A stretch of 64,000 bases of DNA, taken from IMG/VR virus record IMGVR_UViG_3300027963_000066, positions 1-64,000 of that record. One strand, 5' to 3'. Position numbers and translations under genes: made by a program. How positions within the stretch are numbered: position 1 is the first letter of the stretch; every line of letters begins with the position of its first letter. The notes beneath the pieces are model-generated. The model saw only the letters and a list, made by a program, of their open reading frames with translations, was not told the origin of the DNA and made no database searches. Of the stretch, positions 59,668 through 64,000 are shown one piece after another. The stretch is from a virus.

Positions 59668-59901
59668 TTATCTAATTTTTTTCAAATAGTCTTTGAGAGA
59701 ATAATCACCATTCTCAAATTCTTTAAGAGCAGTTACGCATGGATATACCTGATCTCTGCTTTCACTATTCTTATGTTGCCTTGCGATTTCTCTGGCTCGA
59801 GTGGCCAAGGCCAGGACCATAGAAAATCTATCATTGCCGGAATTTTTAACACATTTTTCAATATCTATCTCTGTGCCACGACTAAGTGTTTTTACTTTCA
59901 T
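59668..59901 (-). CDS. rpoZ: RNA polymerase omega subunit-like protein
   Basis: GAGGA RBS; NDRFSMVLALATRAREI...VTALKEFENG resembles RpoZ NRFxLVLxAAxRARQ...ALxEI. Confidence 0.65.
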   Translation of the reverse strand: MKVKTLSRGTEIDIEKCVKNSGNDRFSMVLALATRAREIARQHKNSESRDQVYPCVTALKEFENGDYSLKDYLKKIR

Positions 59902-59921
59902 ATTGTCCTCTTTTAAAAAAC

Positions 59922-59995
59922 TGGAGCGGGGTAAGAGAATCGAACTCTCAGCATTAGCTTGGAAGGCTAAGGTATTACCACTATACGAACCCCGC
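59922..59995 (-). tRNA. tRNA-Gly(UCC)
   Basis: Cloverleaf; loop CUUCCAA. Confidence 0.95.
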
Positions 59996-59997
59996 AT

Positions 59998-60106
59998 ACT
60001 TTATTGAAACACATTGTTGCGGCCGCAGGATACCGAGTGATGTAGTGAGTCGGAATCAAACCTTCCCAATCTACACAGTGCTCTCCACAATGCGCTTCAA
60101 TAAAGT
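59998..60106 (-). ncRNA. Long-terminal-stem ncRNA candidate (family B)
   Basis: actttattgaaacacattgt ... acaatgcgcttcaataaagt inverted repeat. Confidence 0.55.
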
Positions 60107-60308
60107 GTCTAGCTACCTACACCACATAGGCCCTAGACTGAGCAGTTACTCTGTCCATAACATTTATTCTTTTGGAAAGGTGTTATACCTCACCTAATGC
60201 GTTCCCGCCACTCCTCTACAGAGTACGGATGGTCAATGCATTACACACCTGGCGCTCTCTATGGTGACTGCCCCACCCTCCTTCGCTAACGGGCAGGAGT
60301 GCCCGGGT
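60107..60308 (-). ncRNA. Structured non-coding RNA candidate
   Basis: GC-rich, no ORF, multiple nested helices. Confidence 0.5.
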
Positions 60309-60313
60309 TTTCA

Positions 60314-60377
60314 ACAGGTTAATACTAGTTTAACGTCCTAGCAGACAGCCATTTTTTTTAATCGCTGTAATTAACCT
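60314..60377 (-). ncRNA. CAGCAA-stem element 5
   Basis: AGGUUAAU-UACAGCGA ... CUAG-GACGUUAAA-CUAG ... AUUAACCU-GU. Confidence 0.72.
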
Positions 60378-60382
60378 AAAAC

Positions 60383-60456
60383 TGGTGCCCCTACACAGAA
60401 TCGAACTGCAAATTGCGGATTACAAAACCGCCGTTATACCATTTAACTATAAGGGC
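60383..60456 (-). tRNA. tRNA-Thr(UGU)
   Basis: Cloverleaf; loop UUUGUAA. Confidence 0.92.
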
Positions 60457-60462
60457 TCTAAC

Positions 60463-60556
60463 TGGCAGTGACGGAGGGATTCGAACCCTCGGACCCGGTT
60501 TATGCCGAATCGTCTTCTTAGCAGGAAGGTGGTTTAAACCGCTCACCCACGTCACT
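60463..60556 (-). tRNA. tRNA-Ser(GCU)
   Basis: Loop CUGCUAA; long variable arm; G73. Confidence 0.92.
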
Positions 60557-60562
60557 ATAATT

Positions 60563-60638
60563 TGGTGCCCCAGAGGAGACTCGAACTCCTAGGATTTGGT
60601 TTCTAAGACCAACACGTATACCATTCCGTCACCGGGGC
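60563..60638 (-). tRNA. tRNA-Leu(UAG), short variable loop
   Basis: Loop CUUAGAA; Leu-type D loop; A73. Confidence 0.88.
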
Positions 60639-60654
60639 ATTATACTCTACTTAT

Positions 60655-60743
60655 CATATAGAAACACACTTATCACTTTTCTCGACAGTGGTGTGAAGTC
60701 CTTACAACCTAAATTACATTTAGGCTAAATGTGTTTTTATATG
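60655..60743 (-). ncRNA. Long-terminal-stem ncRNA candidate (family B)
   Basis: catatagaaacacactta ... taaatgtgtttttatatg inverted repeat. Confidence 0.55.
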
Positions 60744-60816
60744 GTAGGGGCACAGAGAATCGAACTCTGATTAATAGGTTAAAAGCCTACTACTTTAGCC
60801 GTTAAGTTATACCCCC
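60742..60816 (-). tRNA. tRNA-Lys(UUU)
   Basis: Loop CUUUUAA. Confidence 0.93.
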
Positions 60817-60819
60817 ATA

Positions 60820-60894
60820 TGGTCCACGCTCTGAGAATCGAACTCAGTTAGTCCGGTTAAGAGCCGGGTACTTCGCCACTAAAGTTTAGCGTGG
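60820..60894 (-). tRNA. tRNA-Lys(CUU)
   Basis: Loop CUCUUAA. Confidence 0.9.
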
Positions 60895-60957
60895 ATGGAT
60901 TCGTAATTGATTTTCTTTTACGTGCCATCCAGGACCATACGGGGGTCTAGGATGACA

Positions 60958-60978
60958 CTAACGTTTAGCACGTTTCAT
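60958..60978 (-). CDS. Six-codon minigene MKRAKR
   Basis: AAGGAG RBS 6 nt before ATG AAA CGT GCT AAA CGT TAG, followed by a hairpin. Confidence 0.5.
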   Translation of the reverse strand: MKRAKR

Positions 60979-61007
60979 GTCGTTCTCCTTTTGAACATTA
61001 AAAAATT

Positions 61008-61082
61008 TGGCGGTCTCAAGGGGTAACGATCCCCTTCTTCAACAGTGACAGTGTTGTGTGCGTCCATGAACACTTTGAGACC
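61008..61082 (-). tRNA. tRNA-Asp(GUC) with atypical T loop
   Basis: Loop CUGUCAC; G73; T loop AUCGUUA. Confidence 0.85.
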
Positions 61083-61351
61083 ATTAATTATATTGTCGAG
61101 TTATGGACAGTAATCGCCCTACTGTCGTTTGTCAACCGTATCATATTCTATTATGTTTAGCATAATATTATTGAAGTTCTGATACCGTCCAGGACGCTTA
61201 TTGCTAAGACCGCTAAGTCTATGATTCGTCGTCTCCGCTTCGGTTAAGGTTATAGCAGAACTAAGTTCTACAATGAGCCGGCACTCACCTATATTGCATT
61301 GAATGACACTGGGCTGGTGAACACAGCCATTTTCCTTGACAACATAATTAA
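61083..61351 (-). ncRNA. About 270-nt ncRNA candidate closed by a long terminal stem
   Basis: attaattatattgtcgag ... cttgacaacataattaat pairing, exactly filling the Leu-Asp tRNA spacer. Confidence 0.55.
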
Positions 61352-61437
61352 TGGTACCCGAGACCGGACTCGAACCGGTACGCTTTTGAATGCGGCAGAT
61401 TTTAAGTCTGCTGTGTCTACCATTCCACCACTCGGGC
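61352..61437 (-). tRNA. tRNA-Leu(UAA)
   Basis: Loop CUUAAAA; long variable arm. Confidence 0.95.
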
Positions 61438-61442
61438 AAAGT

Positions 61443-61518
61443 TGGCGTCCCGTACGAGATTCGAACTCGTGTACTCGCCGTGAAAGGGCGATATCCTAGG
61501 CCTCTAGATGAACGGGAC
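61443..61518 (-). tRNA. tRNA-Glu(UUC)
   Basis: Loop CUUUCAC. Confidence 0.95.
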
Positions 61519-61579
61519 GTAAAAATTGCAATTAATTTTTAAAGAGCTATGACAGCTATTTCTAACTGTCTAAGTATAT

Positions 61580-61608
61580 ATTGTACTGCCATTTTACCCT
61601 TGTGTCAA
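61580..61608 (-). promoter_or_regulatory. Sigma70 promoter for the tRNA array
   Basis: TTGACA-N17-TACAAT. Confidence 0.75.
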
Positions 61609-61632
61609 GTCTAAAATTGCCTAAATAGTCAA

Positions 61633-62229
61633 ATGCTCTACACTGAATTTGAATCTATTGCCTTGCCCTATCTACAGTCTAAAGACCGTGTAGCAGTTAT
61701 GGTCAGCGGCGGATTTGACAGTGCAGTCTTGTTGTACAGTCTGTGTCTAGTAAAGTCCTCACTCAAACTTGCTGTCAGCATCAGTACTTTTACAGTACCA
61801 TTACACAATGATTCTGAACGATATTCAAGAATGGTCACCGCATGGGTGGGTAACAGATTTTGTCTAGACCTAACTCCTACAATATGTGGCGATCCCGATC
61901 TTGCACATAATCAAGTGGTCAAAAGTGGGATTGCTCATGCTGTAAGCATTTGCCCGAATATAATCATCGCCGAGACTACTAATCCGTCACATTTGACAAA
62001 TCTTAGTTCAGCTCCTGCACGTACACGAGCTCTTAAAATATTCCAACCATTTATCAATTGGACTAAAAAAGAAACTGTGAAATTATCTATTGATTTGGAT
62101 CTAGACGACCTTGTGTCGCTTACACACAGTTGTACGGAAAAAACTGTGCGATGTAATCAGTGCTGGCAATGCCAAGAGCGGGCCTGGGGATACGCAGAAA
62201 ACGCATACCCTGATCCGGGCTGTTATTAA
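61633..62229 (+). CDS. QueC-like PP-loop ATPase (second paralog)
   Basis: VSGGFDS; THSC...CNQCWQCQER; TAAATA-N5-ATG. Confidence 0.75.
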   Translation: MLYTEFESIALPYLQSKDRVAVMVSGGFDSAVLLYSLCLVKSSLKLAVSISTFTVPLHNDSERYSRMVTAWVGNRFCLDLTPTICGDPDLAHNQVVKSGIAHAVSICPNIIIAETTNPSHLTNLSSAPARTRALKIFQPFINWTKKETVKLSIDLDLDDLVSLTHSCTEKTVRCNQCWQCQERAWGYAENAYPDPGCY

Positions 62230-62877
62230 TTATTTTGTAGGATAAATGTAATGCTTTTGCAGTTCTGGGCGTAACGGTTCATCCCATTTACCTGCACGAC
62301 AAATATCAACCATGCCTTTTGGCACTCCAAACTCTAGCATTTCTTCATAAGAGCTAAGTTCGTAACCTTTGGCACGAGGTTGCATCATGCAGGGCATGCC
62401 CATGTTGGTCCACTGTCTATCGGGATCGGTCATGTCTTCGTAGTGCGTATCTCTGGTAGGAGTACGTTTGAAGATGGTCCTTCCTCGATCCGGAGTTTCA
62501 AAAATAGTATTGTTTCGATGAAAAATTTCAGCGGTGTCTTCACACTCTAGTATAGCCTGCATTCTTTGCAAATGATCTAGATAGCGACCATCCGGTCCTA
62601 CGCCGTTGGTACATCGTTCTATACGTCCCGGAATTCGTTCAACAATTATGGGGTCTTCATAATTTTCTTCGTGTACACCTACAATGTCGCTGAAGTTATC
62701 ACTGATCCAACGCTTCTCAACGTACCAATCGTTTTCAGTAAGCACAGTGACTTCACCTCGATAGGTTTTTTTATAACCCAGACTTCCGCCCTCAAAGGCC
62801 TCGTATTCTAAATCGTCTCCGATTTTACAAGTTAATCGTTGATTCGGTGTGTCAAAAACCCAGTCTAGTAGCATCAT
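62230..62877 (-). CDS. Hypothetical protein
   Basis: GGAG RBS, TAAATA upstream. Confidence 0.6.
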   Translation of the reverse strand: MMLLDWVFDTPNQRLTCKIGDDLEYEAFEGGSLGYKKTYRGEVTVLTENDWYVEKRWISDNFSDIVGVHEENYEDPIIVERIPGRIERCTNGVGPDGRYLDHLQRMQAILECEDTAEIFHRNNTIFETPDRGRTIFKRTPTRDTHYEDMTDPDRQWTNMGMPCMMQPRAKGYELSSYEEMLEFGVPKGMVDICRAGKWDEPLRPELQKHYIYPTK

Positions 62878-62931
62878 AGTTGTTCAAACTCCATAAGTTA
62901 TATGTGTGTTTATTTATTAATAAATATTTGT

Positions 62932-63630
62932 ATGGATAGACTTAATTACAATTCAATATACAAAGGATTTTCAAAAAAATCTGTAGACTGGGTTTCCGGG
63001 GACACCCAAGAAAAATACAAAGAAAATTTATTATCACACAGATCCGAACTTGAAAAGCACGGGTGGATTGATAATAAATTCAATTACTCTTTTAATTCTG
63101 AAGGATTTAGATGTGACGAATTTTCATCAGATCCCACAGTTATGTTTTTAGGTTGTAGTTTTACTGTAGGCATCGGCATGCCTATAGAACAAACTTGGTC
63201 TTCACTGGTTGCCAAATCTCTTGATTTAAAATCAGCAAATCTTGGGCAGGGCGGCGGATCTAATGACACTGCTTTTAGATTAGGGGTTCATTGGATCCCA
63301 AAAATTAAACCTAAGCTAGTTGTATTGTTAGTAACACCGTACCATAGGTTTGAAATAGTGTCGTCTGGAATGATACACTTGATCACGCCTCAACACCATG
63401 CTGAACAATTTACTAATTTTATGGCCGAATGGGGATCTGATGATACTAATCCATATCATAATCGCCTTAAAAATGTATTAGCAATAAAACAGGTATGTGC
63501 AGAAAATCAAATCAAATTTGTCAAACATGACTGTAACCTTTTTCAAAGATTGGACCTAGCCAGAGACCTGGCTCACCCTGGTGTAATGTCTAATCAAAAG
63601 TTAGCAGAAGATATATTAAAATTAATATAG
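62932..63630 (+). CDS. SGNH-like protein (paralog of 55799..56548)
   Basis: NSEGFR, FLGCSFTVGIG, NLGQGGGSND, ARDLAHPG; TAAATA-N5-ATG. Confidence 0.65.
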   Translation: MDRLNYNSIYKGFSKKSVDWVSGDTQEKYKENLLSHRSELEKHGWIDNKFNYSFNSEGFRCDEFSSDPTVMFLGCSFTVGIGMPIEQTWSSLVAKSLDLKSANLGQGGGSNDTAFRLGVHWIPKIKPKLVVLLVTPYHRFEIVSSGMIHLITPQHHAEQFTNFMAEWGSDDTNPYHNRLKNVLAIKQVCAENQIKFVKHDCNLFQRLDLARDLAHPGVMSNQKLAEDILKLI

Positions 63631-63660
63631 TGGCAGGCGCATTAGGGATCGAACCTACTC
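63631..63660 (-). pseudogene. tRNA 3' fragment (T arm plus acceptor 3' strand and CCA only)
   Basis: UAGG-UUCGAUC-CCUA-AUGCGCCU-G-CCA, with no 5' half. Confidence 0.65.
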
Positions 63661-63671
63661 CAAATAAATAT

Positions 63672-63745
63672 TGGCAGAGGGTAATGGAATCGAACCATTA
63701 ATAGCGGAATCAAAATCCGCTGTTATACCATTTAACTAACCCCCA
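63672..63745 (-). tRNA. tRNA-Gln(UUG)
   Basis: Loop UUUUGAU; U1 start; G73. Confidence 0.9.
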
Positions 63746-63753
63746 ACAATAAA

Positions 63754-63810
63754 ACAGGTTGCTTATTTTTCAATTAAAAGTTGAATTGGTAAATTTGCTG
63801 AACGCAACCT
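63754..63810 (-). ncRNA. CAGCAA-stem element 6 carrying a Lys(UUU) anticodon stem-loop
   Basis: AGGUUGC-G-UUCAGCAA ... UUCAA-CUUUUAA-UUGAA ... GCAACCU-GU. Confidence 0.78.
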
Positions 63811-63815
63811 AAAAA

Positions 63816-63907
63816 TGGAGGAAGGATGGTAGAATCGAACTCCAACCGGCTCATCACCGATCCATCTGTTTTCAAGACAGTGCCGGGCCCAGCCCAGATA
63901 ACCTTCC
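63816..63907 (-). tRNA. Atypical tRNA-Ser(UGA)
   Basis: Loop CUUGAAA; long variable arm; 6-bp D stem with tiny loop; bulged T stem; U73. Confidence 0.75.
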
Positions 63908-63912
63908 ATGTT

Positions 63913-63988
63913 TGGTAGTGATGGTCAGACTCGAACTGACGATAATCTCCGTATGAAGGAGGCACATTAGCCGCTATGCTACATCACT
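63913..63988 (-). tRNA. tRNA(CAU), elongator Met or Ile2
   Basis: Cloverleaf; loop UUCAUAC. Confidence 0.85.
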
Positions 63989-64000
63989 ATAATTTGGTGC

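Noticed and set aside
60107-61351. tmRNA, RNase P RNA or a group I intron
   Set aside because: I found no GGGG...UCCACCA tmRNA ends, no GAGGAAAGUCC RNase P motif and no recognisable P7 core.
55799-63630. Paralogous SGNH-like genes as a diversity-generating retroelement template/variable repeat pair
   Set aside because: Similarity is mainly at the protein level, with no adenine-specific pattern and no reverse transcriptase in the window.
43774-63810. CAGCAA-stem elements as simple terminators, REP elements or CRISPR repeats
   Set aside because: The loops are 30-130 nt with internal structure, the conserved part is unpaired, the stems covary, and element 1 has a separate true terminator next to it.
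63816-63907. selC (tRNA-Sec)
   Set aside because: The anticodon reads UGA (Ser), not UCA, and no selA/selB genes are seen.
59371-63965. ORF-track entries 59371..59628, 59801..60007, 61119..61439, 61299..61499, 63774..63965 and the N-terminal extensions of 56632.., 57663.. and 59668..
   Set aside because: They overlap tRNA or ncRNA genes and lack an RBS, so they are spurious translations.
63995-64000. Probable 3' end (GCACCA) of another tRNA
   Set aside because: Only 6 nt fall inside the window, which is too little to call.

Overview
This window is a fragment of a large (jumbo-type) lytic myophage genome. It is AT-rich, mostly minus-strand, uses both sigma70 TTGACA-N17-TATAAT promoters and T4-like late TAAATA promoters, and probably infects a freshwater betaproteobacterium (inferred from a Bug/TctC gene). 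From left to right it holds: a lysis cassette (holin-like, GH19 endolysin, spanins); PhoH, ferredoxin, clamp loader, GroES and a DnaE fragment; tail/baseplate genes including two collagen-like fibres; a large auxiliary-metabolism block (SOD, UvsE, ClpP, FolE/QueD/QueC-like, UDP-Glc dehydrogenase, UDP-GlcA decarboxylase, glycosyl-, methyl- and carbamoyltransferases, APS kinase); and 21 tRNA genes, 20 of them in a cluster. The most striking signal is a family of six dispersed non-coding elements with the minus-strand architecture 5'-AGG(N5)U(A/U)CAGC(A/G)A-[variable cargo]-(complement)CCUGU-3', whose terminal stems covary. Two copies directly flank a TROVE/Ro60-like vWA (DUF2828-type) gene and four sit among the tRNAs. 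Their cargos include a complete circularly permuted tRNA-Tyr(GUA), an isolated tRNA-Lys(UUU) anticodon arm and T-loop modules. I infer a candidate phage Ro/Y-RNA-like tRNA-mimic or decoy system next to RNA end-healing enzymes. Other oddities are an anticodon-less tRNA-like RNA with its own promoter, several non-canonical tRNAs, further structured ncRNA candidates, an MKRAKR minigene, a pseudoknotted queD leader and many apparently leaderless late genes. All family assignments come from motif recognition by eye, not from database searches.
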